A stretch of DNA of 64,000 bases from Coraliomargarita sp. Its GTDB lineage: Bacteria; Verrucomicrobiota; Verrucomicrobiia; Opitutales; Coraliomargaritaceae. Below, in pieces: positions 21,570-35,049 of the stretch. The DNA lies in the NCBI GenBank assembly GCA_965216325.1, contig OZ244160.1, forward strand, positions 1,248,001 through 1,312,000. Reading direction: 5' to 3'. Position numbers and translations under genes: made by a program. The stretch's first letter is position 1. Every line of letters starts with the position of its first letter. The notes under the pieces were generated by a model that ran no database searches, was not told the origin of the DNA, and saw nothing but the letters and a program-made list of their open reading frames with translations.

Positions 21570-21684
21570 GTAGGGCTCGTGCTTGCACGATGCCGCAGAG
21601 ACAACAGGCGACCGGGGCAGCGGTATTCTGCCATTTGATAAACTCAAGGCTTTGAGCTGTCGAAACGGCAAGCAGAAGCCCTAC
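21570..21684. repeat. GTAG-type REP doublet with nested insert; its CTA supplies the stop codon of the adjacent minus-strand gene
   Basis: GTAGGGCTC...GCCCTAC termini. Confidence 0.65.
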
Positions 21685-22433
21685 CCCTTCAAAGTCTCTG
21701 TCTCGTATTTTCCCGCCAGTCCATAGCAGCGCGGATACGCACGCCCGACCGCACGCAGACGCGCAAGGAATACGGACTCGTCCAGCGGCTGCTCACTAAA
21801 AGCCACGATCCGGTTCTCATAACCATCCATACTAAAGACTTTGACGTGTTTGAAGCGTGCGCGCAGCTCACGATTCTTGAGCGGTGCCAAATGCGGCACC
21901 TTCTCTGGTTCTACGGTATTCAACACCAACATGCCGCCCGGTGCGACTAATTCACTCACCGCACGAAACCAGTCTAAGTCCAGCGGTGCATAACGCACCG
22001 GAATGCCTTCGTCCTCACCATACAAATCATCGAGCACAAAATCGAATTGCTCGCCCTCGCCACCGGCTTGCACCCATTCCACCGCATCGCCCGCGACCAA
22101 CTCACAGCCCTCTGAGCATTCGAAGAAGCCATCCGCAATCGATAAGTGGATCGGATCCAGCTCAACCCCGACGACGCGCTCAACAGCTGCAACATCCATC
22201 AGTAAACGCCCCGCAGTGCCAGCACCGAAGCCCAGCAAGAGTCCTGAGTTCACGGTTCCTTCGGGGCGGTGTAACGCGGGAACAATCAATAAATCCCAAA
22301 TCGACCCATTCAGCGGACGATTCGGATTCCACTGCGAGTGATGCACACCATTCCGATAGAGCCGCAAGGAAGCACCCGCCGAGCGCACCTCGTAGTGGTT
22401 TGATTCAATAGTTCGACTCCAGACAATTGCCAT
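21681..22433 (-). CDS. Spermidine-synthase-like SAM-dependent methyltransferase
   Basis: LLLGFGAG, VELDP, GDA, FDFVLDDLY, PGGMLVLN. Confidence 0.8.
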   Translation of the reverse strand: MAIVWSRTIESNHYEVRSAGASLRLYRNGVHHSQWNPNRPLNGSIWDLLIVPALHRPEGTVNSGLLLGFGAGTAGRLLMDVAAVERVVGVELDPIHLSIADGFFECSEGCELVAGDAVEWVQAGGEGEQFDFVLDDLYGEDEGIPVRYAPLDLDWFRAVSELVAPGGMLVLNTVEPEKVPHLAPLKNRELRARFKHVKVFSMDGYENRIVAFSEQPLDESVFLARLRAVGRAYPRCYGLAGKYETETLKG

Positions 22434-22629
22434 ATCGGTGCGAGCAAACGAATCTGCAAGCAAATGACAAGGCAGGCTTTGCGAGACAAATTGTCCTAGA
22501 TCCAGAATGAATGTTTCATTTGAGTTACGAAATCATCCCAAGTGCGTAACATATCTGCCCATTGTAACAAAGACTTTGACCCAGTCATCGTGAAGTCGCT
22601 TACTTTCGACCGGATCGAAACTACCTACC

Positions 22630-23496
22630 GTGAAGAAAACAACACTCAGTTTTAAAACGATCATTCTCTCTGATGTGCACTTAGGCACGCTCGACTGCAA
22701 GATCGACGAGGTAAACTATTTCCTCAAGCACACGCATAGTGAGCAGATCATCCTGAACGGTGACATCATCGACGGCTGGAGTCTGGCGCGTAAGGGCGGC
22801 TGGACCGAACAACATACTCGCTTCATCCGCCTTGTTCTCAAGAAACTGGAAAAACGCGGCACAGAGGTCGTTTACCTGCGCGGCAACCACGACGATGTCC
22901 TCACCCGCTTCCTGCCACTCTTTTTCGGCAAACTAAAGATCGTTAACGAGCACATACACGAAGGCAAACACGGCGACTATCTGATCGTCCACGGCGACGG
23001 CTTCGATGCAGTTACCGTCAACCACAAGTGGCTGGCAGTGCTTGGGGACATTGGCTACCAATCACTCCTCAAAATCAACCGCCTGTATAACAAATACCGG
23101 GCTTGGCGCGGCAAAGAATACTTCTCCTTCAGTAAGGCGATCAAAGCCAAGGTGAAGTCAGCCGTCAGCTTCGTTGGTAAATACGAAGAGCAATTGCAAA
23201 ACCTTGCCCGCAAGCGCAAGTGCTCCGGCATTATTTGTGGCCACATCCACACGCCGGAAGACAAAATGGTCGGCGACATCCACTATCTCAATTCCGGTGA
23301 CTGGGTCGAATCGATGACTGCCCTGGTTGAATACGACGACGGTCGCTTCGAGATCCTCGGTTATAAGGAGTTCTGCAAACGCCTCGAAGCCAAGGCACTT
23401 CGCAAAACACAAGCCAAAGAAGAAGAGCAAGACAGCGAGCCAGAGCCTGTTGAAGAATTTGAAGGCGAGGAACACGCTGAGGCAGAATCCAAATAG
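22630..23496 (+). CDS. Metallophosphoesterase (UDP-2,3-diacylglucosamine diphosphatase-like)
   Basis: SDVHLG, GDIIDGW, GNHD, HGD, GHIH, NSGDWVE. Confidence 0.88.
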   Translation: MKKTTLSFKTIILSDVHLGTLDCKIDEVNYFLKHTHSEQIILNGDIIDGWSLARKGGWTEQHTRFIRLVLKKLEKRGTEVVYLRGNHDDVLTRFLPLFFGKLKIVNEHIHEGKHGDYLIVHGDGFDAVTVNHKWLAVLGDIGYQSLLKINRLYNKYRAWRGKEYFSFSKAIKAKVKSAVSFVGKYEEQLQNLARKRKCSGIICGHIHTPEDKMVGDIHYLNSGDWVESMTALVEYDDGRFEILGYKEFCKRLEAKALRKTQAKEEEQDSEPEPVEEFEGEEHAEAESK

Positions 23497-23537
23497 AGGC
23501 TTTGCCATTATCTTTAATTGGTAAGAGACACACACTC

Positions 23538-24377
23538 ATGAGCAGTCAGCATATCCTTCAGCAACACTTTAGCACAGCCTCCTCACCAGCAACGTTCAAA
23601 GGCGAATGGATCCAAGAGTTAGAAACCACCCTCCCACTGTATCAACACCTGCCTGAAAACTTAAAGGCGAAGCTGCACCAGAAGATCGGACAGTTCATCT
23701 GCACGACTCAATTTGAAGCTCACGAATCCTTAGAGCTCACCGAGGCCATCGTTCTCAACATTGCAGCACAAGCCTGCATCTTGGTGCTCAACCACGATGA
23801 TGTCCCCTACCCTGGACTAAATACGATTCGACTCTACCCCACCGCATTTGAGTCCGTCATCGAACAAATCGAAGGTGACGGTTGCCTAACAGAAACCATC
23901 GTCGAGTGCGAAGGCGAATCCTGGGACGACGGCACGGTGCTCCTAGCATGGGACTCAGTTCAAAAAGGCGCACTCAACATGCGTGATGGCGAAAACGTCA
24001 CGCTACACGAATTCGCACACCAACTCGATGCTCTTAATGGCGACACCGATGGCGTGCCACTCCTGCCCAATGAAACCGCCTATCAAACCTGGGCCAGCGT
24101 CCTCAGCGAAAACGCCACTGATCTAATTGACCGCATTCAAAATGGCCAGCCCACCGTGCTGGATCCGTATGCGGCGACTAATCCGGGCGAATACTTTGCC
24201 GTGGCCACTGAGACCTTTTTCGAAAAGCCCCATCAACTCAAAGCCATGCGCCCTGAACTCTATGCCGAGCTGCAGAATTTCTACCAACTCGACCCGTCCG
24301 AGTGGCTGGATCCGATTTCAACCAAATCGAAATCCGTAGACATCAATTTGATGATTCCAAGCTTAGTGTTAAGCTAA
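23538..24377 (+). CDS. Zinc-dependent peptidase, MtfA/M90 family
   Basis: IAAQAC, GESW, HEFAHQLD, DGVP, YAATNPGEYFAVATETFFEKP. Confidence 0.9.
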   Translation: MSSQHILQQHFSTASSPATFKGEWIQELETTLPLYQHLPENLKAKLHQKIGQFICTTQFEAHESLELTEAIVLNIAAQACILVLNHDDVPYPGLNTIRLYPTAFESVIEQIEGDGCLTETIVECEGESWDDGTVLLAWDSVQKGALNMRDGENVTLHEFAHQLDALNGDTDGVPLLPNETAYQTWASVLSENATDLIDRIQNGQPTVLDPYAATNPGEYFAVATETFFEKPHQLKAMRPELYAELQNFYQLDPSEWLDPISTKSKSVDINLMIPSLVLS

Positions 24378-24381
24378 GCAT

Positions 24382-25662
24382 ATGCGGCCTCTAGTTGCCA
24401 GTTGTTGTGTACTACTTCTGCTGAGTAGCTGTAAAACCACGCCCACATCAGACCTGTCTCCCGAACAGTCCGCTTACTATAGCCAACTCCGCTTGGAACG
24501 TAAACTTGAAGCCGCATCACTCAACATCGACGAAAAAGCTGAATTCATCCAGCAACGCCTCGAGCAAGAGCACCTAGATCCTGAAACGAGCATTCCGAAA
24601 AAGTATATCAGTGCGGAACACGGAGACGGCCCACTGAACATGGAATTGTCGACCAGCTATCTGGCAGCGCTGGCTTACCAATACGCCTGTCAGCCCAATA
24701 GAGTAACACGTGATCGAATCCTCAAGCTCGTTGAAGGCATCCAAACAGCCGATTCCGCAAATGGCTACGACGGTTACCTACCTTCAAAACTAGAGCGTAA
24801 AGACGGCGAGCTGCGTATCGTGCGCAATGAAACCCATACCAACCTGTATGCCATGCTACTCAATGCTTACACGCTCACACTTGAGCTGGTTCCAGACCAG
24901 ACGATCCAGAGCCATATCCTCGAACACATGGAGTTAATCTTTGCACACTATCTAAAGCACGACTTCATGCTCTACGATGAGAACGGCCTCAAGCAGCCAC
25001 ACAGTAATATTCGAATCAGTATATTAACCTTCAGCCCTGCGGATCGTCTGGACGGCACTACGTTCCTCACCGTAGCCACTCATTACCTTCCCCAAAGCTC
25101 CCGTATCTATCCACAGCTAAGCGATCTAAAGCACAAGGCCGATGACATCTACAAAAACGTCGGGCCGATGCATATTGATTTTGGAAGTTGGGAAATCCCG
25201 AATGCCAGTTCAAGTTGGCTCGCCCTGCTCTCATTCGACACCATTTGCCAAATCGATCCGGATTCTGATCAAAAGCCACGTCTTATCGAGCTTGCCCAAG
25301 TCTACAATTATCAGGTCAACCCCTTTTTTCTAGGTCTCATTGCCAAATATAATCCGCGGCAGCGTGACACACTCCTCCCAATCATTGAAGCACGCTTACA
25401 AGAGGTGCCACACCGCCACCTCTCAACGCGAATGATCAATAGCTCAAGAGACGACCTTATTGTAAGTAACAATCACACAATCAAGCGCTCCCGTTACCCA
25501 CGCAGTGAATCCCCTCTGCCACTCTATGAAATCGATAGCGATGGCTACCTCTGGAAACGAGATCTACTTAAAATCGATGCGACCCGACAAGCAGGTTTAA
25601 CCTACCCAGGCATCGATTATTTACATGCCTACTGGCAGCTGCGCTACGTGCAACAGCTGTAA
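24382..25662 (+). CDS. Hypothetical lipoprotein
   Basis: Lipobox LSSC; long ORF; no family recognised. Confidence 0.7.
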   Translation: MRPLVASCCVLLLLSSCKTTPTSDLSPEQSAYYSQLRLERKLEAASLNIDEKAEFIQQRLEQEHLDPETSIPKKYISAEHGDGPLNMELSTSYLAALAYQYACQPNRVTRDRILKLVEGIQTADSANGYDGYLPSKLERKDGELRIVRNETHTNLYAMLLNAYTLTLELVPDQTIQSHILEHMELIFAHYLKHDFMLYDENGLKQPHSNIRISILTFSPADRLDGTTFLTVATHYLPQSSRIYPQLSDLKHKADDIYKNVGPMHIDFGSWEIPNASSSWLALLSFDTICQIDPDSDQKPRLIELAQVYNYQVNPFFLGLIAKYNPRQRDTLLPIIEARLQEVPHRHLSTRMINSSRDDLIVSNNHTIKRSRYPRSESPLPLYEIDSDGYLWKRDLLKIDATRQAGLTYPGIDYLHAYWQLRYVQQL

Positions 25663-25907
25663 ACACAGCACGTCTATGCCACAAGCAAAGCGACGCACGA
25701 TCATTTGGCCACTTTCCCGTTTGGAAATCAGACTAGTATCCTCGCGAGGCTGCTGCATAAACGGAAAAGTAGCCTCAAGGCATTTGCGTTTGCCTGCCTG
25801 CATCTCCTGCTGCCCCTACTAGGCGCTGCAGTCGCACCCGCATGAACAAGCTAACTTCCGATGGTCTGCATATTTTGCCTACTCAACTTCCCCCAACGGT
25901 CTTGGCG

Positions 25908-26795
25908 CTAGAGTGATGTGCATCCTAGCGTGTCCAACCAAGAATCTGGCACAAGAAAGAACGGCTCCGTCAAATCACTTGTGACAAACATCGTGCAACG
26001 CTCTATTGTCATTTCAAACAATTCGACCTGGCTCACTACTGGCAAGCGTTCAACCAACTCGTCGTTGAGCAGTGCTGGCCACAAAGGCTTGGGAATCACA
26101 CGTAAGTCCTGTGGGACGCCCAAAAACTCAGACCACTGCGCTCGGCTCAGCCAACGTCCCCTTAAACCATCGGGCTGCATCGCTTTGGGTAGAATGTCTT
26201 CCGTCACATCGATAGGCAGGAACAAGCGTCCATAGATGAGCTGGCGCACCGCAAGCTGGGTAATCCCAAATCGTTCTTCGAGCAACACAGACGCCGTCGG
26301 GAGGCGAGCCAACTGCAATTGATGTGTTCGCATACGCTCAAGTTTCCTCAGCCAATTGTCCCGCGGATCCGGTCCTGGATACGACCAACCTTCCTCCGTT
26401 CGGTGGGCTAAGTAAAACTTAACCGCCAACTCCAACTGAAAATCACAGCCAACAGATTCATCCCGCACCAGAAAATCCATTTCACCGCGTGTGATCCCCG
26501 CTGCATCAATCACCTGCAAGTGTGAGGCTAGTAACGAAAGCTTTGGCGATTGCTCAATCAAATGCTGCAAGGCGTCCTCATACAAGTGCCCGAGCTTCTG
26601 CTGAAAATTCAGTTGATGCTCTACAGCCGGCACGCCCAACAAACTACGATCCAGCACTGAGGCTTCTGGCAAATCACCCACGAGCAGTGGTGCCTCTGCC
26701 AAGCTATCCATCAATGCCCCAGTCCATCCGTCCATTTGTAACAAGCTAGCGGTCAAATCAAGCAATGCAGCACAAAATATATATCCTGTATTCAT
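25908..26795 (-). CDS. DUF1853 family protein (PD-(D/E)XK-like)
   Basis: KLGHLYE, TRGEMDFL, ELAVKFYL, GPDPRD...K, HQL. Confidence 0.85.
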   Translation of the reverse strand: MNTGYIFCAALLDLTASLLQMDGWTGALMDSLAEAPLLVGDLPEASVLDRSLLGVPAVEHQLNFQQKLGHLYEDALQHLIEQSPKLSLLASHLQVIDAAGITRGEMDFLVRDESVGCDFQLELAVKFYLAHRTEEGWSYPGPDPRDNWLRKLERMRTHQLQLARLPTASVLLEERFGITQLAVRQLIYGRLFLPIDVTEDILPKAMQPDGLRGRWLSRAQWSEFLGVPQDLRVIPKPLWPALLNDELVERLPVVSQVELFEMTIERCTMFVTSDLTEPFFLVPDSWLDTLGCTSL

Positions 26796-26938
26796 CAGCA
26801 AAAGATAGGGCTGTCTGGCCGTTCCCAGCGGAGCGACATGACCGAGCGTGAAACGAATCGGACCAACAGCCGTTCGTCTGAATACAAAAAAGACCAAGGC
26901 TCATCCTAAATAACGAAGTTGAATTGATTCGAGAAGTT

Positions 26939-27095
26939 TAACCACGAATACCATCACGGATGGACACAGATGCTTTGGGGGCGCCATTTTGGAGAATGAG
27001 CCGAAACGCTCTCTCTGGCATAAAAACCTCAAAGGGTTTTAGAACATCCACTTCCAATTTAAATCTGTGTTTGTCCGTGTCCATCAGTGCTTTTA
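26939..27095. repeat. CACGGAT/ATCCGTG-type inverted repeat
   Basis: cacggatggacacagat ... atctgtgtttgtccgtgtccatcagtg; related copy at 33051-33115. Confidence 0.55.
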
Positions 27096-27105
27096 ACTCA
27101 TCTTT

Positions 27106-27210
27106 GTAGGCCATAGCTCTACAAGCTCCACAAGAGCTCTGCCAGACGGTCGCCTCGGCACTTCGATAAACTCAGGGCGGTGAGCCTGTCGAACCGCGAG
27201 ACGCCCCTAC
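27106..27210. repeat. GTAG-type REP doublet with nested CTTCGATAAACTCAG...TGAGCCTGTCGAA insert
   Basis: GTAG...CTAC termini; insert sits inside the right hairpin. Confidence 0.6.
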
Positions 27211-27276
27211 CGACAAAATAAAATTAAACCCAACACTGGCTTGCACTCCAGAGATCCGGTCGAATGCTGCAGCGCC

Positions 27277-29817
<2,541 letters not shown>

Positions 29818-29830
29818 AGCTCGAGAAGCA

Positions 29831-29943
29831 CCACCCCGTCTCGCTACGCGATCCACCCCTCCTCGTCAAGGAGGGGAACTCATAAAAAGAAAGCTCCTCC
29901 CCAGCCAAGGGGAGGTCACCTGCTCGTCAGGTGGGAGGGGTAT
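29831..29943. repeat. Pair of CCCCTCC/GGAGGGG palindromic repeats
   Basis: cccctcctcgtcaaggagggg and ctcctccccagccaaggggagg hairpins between convergent genes. Confidence 0.6.
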
Positions 29944-30064
29944 CTTAGGCTATGCTCGATTCATAGCAACAACACGTCATCCTTCGTGTGCTTCGTGCCT
30001 TCGTGTGAGCAATTTACGAGTGCTAGTTTTGAGCGCCCCTTTAGCTTCATTTAGCGGTCCCCAT

Positions 30065-31126
30065 CTACGTCCCCCAAGTCAACTGATTCGCTTGTCCTCT
30101 CGCGTGCCAGAGTTCACGCGTCTGTAAATCCATGATCACGATACGATGCTCCATCGCATACACACGTTCCACCTCACCCTTCGCATCCCGCTTACGGGTC
30201 ACTCCTTTCAGGCGCTTGCCCGTCATCCCAACAGCTAAGAAGCGACCACAGGGTGACTGCACCGCCGCACGGGCATTCCACAGTTCCGCGTTGCGCTGAT
30301 TCTTCACTGCAAGTAGCTGAGAACTCTCCTTGCTCGTAAAATCATAATAGAACAAGTCCGCACTACTACGACGGAACCAGAAGCCTGCGCCATCTGCCGA
30401 CCATTGCGGATAATGCCCTGAGCGCACGACACGCTCACAGCGATTGTAGTCCAAATTCCACAAGTAGAGTCCTTCACTACTGATAAGCGCCCGTGCCAAT
30501 CCATCCGGTGCAAAACAGGCACCATCACCATTCACCTCCGGAACCGACGCGCTCAACAAACGTCGTCCGTTTAAGCCCACCAGATAGATCCCCTCCGCTC
30601 CGGAGAAAATCATTTGCCGCCGACTCCGACTAAAGGCCAGCGGACGATAAGCATCCCGACAAAGCGGCCGCAGCGCGTAACGCGTTTCTCCTGGTTTCAG
30701 CGCGAACAACTGATGCTCGAGCACGATCCGCCCCTCCGTTGGGCGGTCGGAGGCAATCAACCCAAACAATTGGCCAGCCTCGTCCTGCTGCGAAGCAATC
30801 CACTCCAATTGCCACAAAACCCAGCGATTCAACGGAAGCGACAGCAGCGTCTCCGAGCTACGCCCATCCAAATCATAGCAGCGCAGCTCACTGTAATCCC
30901 GACGCGCAAAGCCTTTTGCGCAAACATAGCGATAGGCCCTACGTCTGATCGGATCATAGGCGATCGGACACTCCACCGGACCGACTTCACCAAAATCATG
31001 CTGCAGCGACAGATCACTGTTGAGATGCAGCAAGCGTCCCGAGTCTTCCACCAGCAGCGACGGCGCATCCGAGCGAGGCACAACCTCAGTCCAACCATCG
31101 GCCAGTTCAAACTCTAGTTTCTGCAT
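30065..31126 (-). CDS. Hypothetical protein, possibly beta-propeller (TolB-like)
   Basis: Repeated FAPDG / WSADG / SPCGR blade-like motifs. Confidence 0.6.
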   Translation of the reverse strand: MQKLEFELADGWTEVVPRSDAPSLLVEDSGRLLHLNSDLSLQHDFGEVGPVECPIAYDPIRRRAYRYVCAKGFARRDYSELRCYDLDGRSSETLLSLPLNRWVLWQLEWIASQQDEAGQLFGLIASDRPTEGRIVLEHQLFALKPGETRYALRPLCRDAYRPLAFSRSRRQMIFSGAEGIYLVGLNGRRLLSASVPEVNGDGACFAPDGLARALISSEGLYLWNLDYNRCERVVRSGHYPQWSADGAGFWFRRSSADLFYYDFTSKESSQLLAVKNQRNAELWNARAAVQSPCGRFLAVGMTGKRLKGVTRKRDAKGEVERVYAMEHRIVIMDLQTRELWHARGQANQLTWGT

Positions 31127-31294
31127 AAGCGCCCCACAGTAGAACAAAACTCTGCAATGACTACGAAAAACATGAACTTCAGACTCACGCGGAGTTTATC
31201 TCACGCAAAGACGCAGAGACTTTAGGAGCAGGCGCGAGAAACAACTCCAATTTTCCTAGTCATCGCCATGCGGCTCACCTAGCTTGCGCGCTTC

Positions 31295-33031
31295 ATGTAT
31301 CAACTCAGGCCCTACCAGCAACAGGCGGTGGATAGCACCCTCACTTACTTCAGGAAGCAACGCTCTCCTGCGGTGATCGTGCTACCTACAGGTGCGGGTA
31401 AAAGTCTAGTGATCGCCGAGTTGGCCAAGATCGCCCGAGGTCGCGTTCTGGTGCTCGCACACGTCAAAGAGCTCGTTGAGCAAAACCACCTGAAGTATCA
31501 AAGCTATGGCTTAGAAGCCGGTGTCTATTCCGCAGGCTTGAACCAAAAAGACAGCACACAGAAGGTCATCTTTGGCAGCATCCAATCCGTTGCAAATGCC
31601 GACGATTCCTTCTTCAACGACTTCACCCTCTGCGTGATCGATGAGTGCCACCGCGTCGGCCTCGAACCCGAGAGCCAATACGGCCAAGTCATCGAGAAGC
31701 TGCAGCGTAACAACCCGCGTATTTGTATCCTCGGGCTGACCGCAACACCCTACCGCCTCGGGCTCGGATGGATCTATAACTATGCACTCAAGGGCGAGAT
31801 GAAGACACTGGAGCCGCGCTTCTTTAAGCACTGCATCTACGAGCTGCCCATTGAATATATGATTCGGAATCGCTACCTGACGCCGCCCGTCAAGGTCGAC
31901 ATACCGGTCACCTCCTACGACTTCTCAGAGCTCACCGAGACCGGCCAAACCTACACCATGGCGCAAGTAGAGGAAGTGCTCAATCAGCAGCGACGCCTCA
32001 CGCCACTGATCATCAAAAACATCATCGATATCACCGAGAGTGATCAGCGTCAGGGCGTGATGATTTTCAGCGCCTCGGTGAAACATGCCCAAGAGATTTT
32101 AGAATACCTGCCCGAGGGCCAAGCACGCCTCGTGGTCGGTGACACTGAAGTCAGCGAGCGCGATGAAATCGTTGAAGCCTTCAAACAACGATCCTTCATA
32201 TATCTGGTCAACGTCTCCGTCTTGACGACCGGCTTCGATGCCGCGCATGTTGATGTGATCGCGATACTGCGCCCCACCGAATCGATCAGTCTCTATCAAC
32301 AAATCATCGGCCGCGGCCTACGTTTGGATAGCGGTAAGAAGGATTGTCTCGTCCTCGATTACACCGGCATGGGCCACAGCATCTTCAGCCCCGAGATTGG
32401 CGACAAGAAACCGGCTTCTGAATCCGTCCCCGTGCAAGTGCCCTGCCCAGAGTGTGGCTTCGTCAACGACTTCTGGGGCATCCTCGACGATGAGGGCAAT
32501 CTAGTGGAACACTTCGGACGCAAGTGCCGCGGCGGACAAGTCAATCCACAGACCTACGAGTTCACGCCCTGTAACTACCGCTTTCGCTTCAAAATCTGCA
32601 ATCAATGCGGCGCTGAAAACGACATCGCCGCGCGTGAATGTAACCGCTGCGGCAGCGTGCTAATCGATGCCGATGAAAAGCTCAAACAAGCACGACTCTC
32701 TAAAGACGCCCACGTGCTCACACCCGATACCATCGAAATGCTCGAGCGCGTCGACAAACGCGGCACCCCCTACCTGCAGGTAAAGTATTACGATTACGAC
32801 GCCCAGTTCGTCTCCGAAATGCACTACTTGAACAACGCCACCAGCCTGAAAAAATTTTCGATCAATTTCCTAAGGTCGCACCTGCGCCAACCGGAACGAA
32901 AGCCCAAGGTTCAGTCGGTAGACGACGTGATTCAAATCCAATCCCAACTCCGCATGCCTGCCTTCGTGATCGCCCGCAAGCAAGGCAAGTTCTGGAAGGT
33001 CACCGAGAAAATATTCAGCGAGGAACTGTGA
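31295..33031 (+). CDS. radD: DNA repair helicase RadD (YejH family)
   Basis: [39 protein letters not shown]-terminal CxxC clusters. Confidence 0.9.
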   Translation: MYQLRPYQQQAVDSTLTYFRKQRSPAVIVLPTGAGKSLVIAELAKIARGRVLVLAHVKELVEQNHLKYQSYGLEAGVYSAGLNQKDSTQKVIFGSIQSVANADDSFFNDFTLCVIDECHRVGLEPESQYGQVIEKLQRNNPRICILGLTATPYRLGLGWIYNYALKGEMKTLEPRFFKHCIYELPIEYMIRNRYLTPPVKVDIPVTSYDFSELTETGQTYTMAQVEEVLNQQRRLTPLIIKNIIDITESDQRQGVMIFSASVKHAQEILEYLPEGQARLVVGDTEVSERDEIVEAFKQRSFIYLVNVSVLTTGFDAAHVDVIAILRPTESISLYQQIIGRGLRLDSGKKDCLVLDYTGMGHSIFSPEIGDKKPASESVPVQVPCPECGFVNDFWGILDDEGNLVEHFGRKCRGGQVNPQTYEFTPCNYRFRFKICNQCGAENDIAARECNRCGSVLIDADEKLKQARLSKDAHVLTPDTIEMLERVDKRGTPYLQVKYYDYDAQFVSEMHYLNNATSLKKFSINFLRSHLRQPERKPKVQSVDDVIQIQSQLRMPAFVIARKQGKFWKVTEKIFSEEL

Positions 33032-33050
33032 CCAGAAGACGATAAATTTT

Positions 33051-33115
33051 AGCCACGGATTCACGCGGATGGTCACGGATCTTACAATACGAGTCATCCG
33101 TGAAAATCCGTGGCT
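33051..33115. repeat. AGCCACGGAT...ATCCGTGGCT inverted repeat
   Basis: Perfect 10-bp outer stem with internal CACGGAT copies. Confidence 0.65.
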
Positions 33116-33125
33116 TACTTTTTAT

Positions 33126-34426
33126 GGCTATTCGTAAAATCTTGTGAAGGAAGCGGTATAGATGTTCAAGACAGAGATGACATCACAGGAAGAACACTAC
33201 GAGCAACTATTGGGTTTGAGCGGAGCTTGGAAGGTATCCGCAGTGCAATTGGATTTAGGAGCTAAGCGTGTAGTGGTCGAGATTTACTATGACTTGTCAC
33301 AGTCGCTGGAGTGTCCTGAGTGCGGAGGAGTCTGCCCTCACTATGACGACCGGGAGATGCGTGAATGGCGTCACCTGGACACAATGCAGTTTGAAACGAT
33401 CCTGCGCTGTGAGGTGCCTCGCTGCAATTGCCCGGAACATGGCGTGAAGACCGTTCGTGTGCCTTGGGCAGGGAAAGGCTCAAGATTTACTCTGCTGTTC
33501 GAGTCCTTTGCCATAGACGTGCTTCAGGCCTGTTCGAGCGTGAAGGCCGCAGCTGAGTCAATGGGGCTAAACTGGCATCAGGTAAATGAGATCAGGCGTC
33601 GTGCAGTGGCCAGGGGGCTGGAGCGAAGACAGGCCGTGCCAGTCAATTACTTGGGCATTGATGAGAAGAGTTTTCGCAAGGGACACAACTACATCAGTCT
33701 GTTGACCGATCTGGATCGCAGTCGGGTTCTGGATGTCGCCGAAGGTCGCGACGAGTCGGCATGCGACAAGCTCTTTGAGGGGCTAACCGAAGAGCAGCTA
33801 AAGGTAGTCAAAGCAGTCGCTATGGATATGTGGCGTGCCTATATCAAGGCCGCTGAATCCCACTTACCCGATGCGGACATCGTGCATGACCGCTTCCACA
33901 TCAGCGCGCACCTGAATCAGGCAATCGACAAGGTGCGTCGGCAAGAACACAAAGTCCTCTCCAGCCAGAACGACGACACGCTCAAGAAGATTAAATATCT
34001 CTGGCTGACGGGCTTTGAGAACCTCAGCGAAGAGATGCAGGTTCGCTTTGACCAGCTGCAGTCGCTCGGGTTGAAGGTGGGTCGTGCCTACGCGATCAAG
34101 GAAACCTTCGACCACTTTTGGGACTACACGTATCCGGCCTGCGCACGGAAGTTCTTTAACAAGTGGTATGGGTGGGCTCGCCGCAGCAAACTCGACCCCG
34201 TCAAACGCGTCGCCAAAATGATCAAAGAACACTTCGAGAACATCATCACCTATCTGAAACACCGAATCACCAATGCGGCAACAGAAGGCTTTAACGGTGT
34301 TATCCAAAGCATCAAAGCAAACGCCAGAGGCTTCAGGAGCTTTGAGAACTACAGAGTCGCCATCCTGTTCCAATGCGGAAAACTAGACCTCAACCCCTGA
34401 TTCCTCACAGGAATTTACGAAGAACC
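33126..34426 (+). mobile_element. ISL3-family insertion sequence
   Basis: Imperfect terminal IRs GGCTATTCGTAAAATCTTGTGAAGGAA / TTCCTCACAGGAATTTACGAAGAACC around an ISL3 transposase; no TSD. Confidence 0.9.
33162..34400 (+). CDS. ISL3-family transposase
   Basis: CPEC, WRHLD, VPWA, GIDEKSF, AMDMW, DRFH, TNAATEGFN, ARGFRSF. Confidence 0.95.
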   Translation: MFKTEMTSQEEHYEQLLGLSGAWKVSAVQLDLGAKRVVVEIYYDLSQSLECPECGGVCPHYDDREMREWRHLDTMQFETILRCEVPRCNCPEHGVKTVRVPWAGKGSRFTLLFESFAIDVLQACSSVKAAAESMGLNWHQVNEIRRRAVARGLERRQAVPVNYLGIDEKSFRKGHNYISLLTDLDRSRVLDVAEGRDESACDKLFEGLTEEQLKVVKAVAMDMWRAYIKAAESHLPDADIVHDRFHISAHLNQAIDKVRRQEHKVLSSQNDDTLKKIKYLWLTGFENLSEEMQVRFDQLQSLGLKVGRAYAIKETFDHFWDYTYPACARKFFNKWYGWARRSKLDPVKRVAKMIKEHFENIITYLKHRITNAATEGFNGVIQSIKANARGFRSFENYRVAILFQCGKLDLNP

Positions 34427-35006
34427 GAAAATTATAACCATAACCAACTTGACCACGAAACTCTGAAATATGCTTTCCATGAATATGAGTCTCTTGATCA
34501 TAGCTTGAAAATGCACCTAGCAATTTGGCCTGTCTCTCTACTGTTTCCATCGAAAAACTCTGAATACAGTCATTCTTAGTGCCTTCATCGATTCGAAATC
34601 CCATAAACGCTTCTATTTGAGAGAACAAGTAAGGCCAGTCATCAAAAAAATCTTCATAGCGAAGTATCAGCGCTCGCGAGTTACCCTTTAGATTCAACAA
34701 ATCCCACATTCCATTCCGGTCAAACTCTTGAATTTGTTCATCTACAACTTCAACCGTTGGTTGTTGTTCATAGCGCTGAATCGATGAAGCAATACTGTCC
34801 AACGGATTGCGAATACTAGCAACGACCTTGGGGCTCATAAAATCGGACTTCCGACGCGTATCGTAACAATGGACTTTCATCACTTCGTGCTTTGGACACA
34901 CTGTCCTTAAGACGTTCCAAAGCAGAGTGCTTCCAGTTCGAGGAGGGCTGAATTGTATCAACCTCGGACTCCGAACTTCCCTGATATAACGTATGATTTT
35001 TTTCAC
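34383..35006 (-). pseudogene. Sulfotransferase-domain protein, 3' end replaced by the ISL3 right end (start uncertain)
   Basis: PPRTGSTLL 5'-PSB motif, IRNPLD 3'-PB motif, LRYED; frame runs into the IS IR. Confidence 0.7.
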
Positions 35007-35049
35007 ACCTAAAACACCGATCAACCCGTTAAGAAAAGCGAATTTAAGA

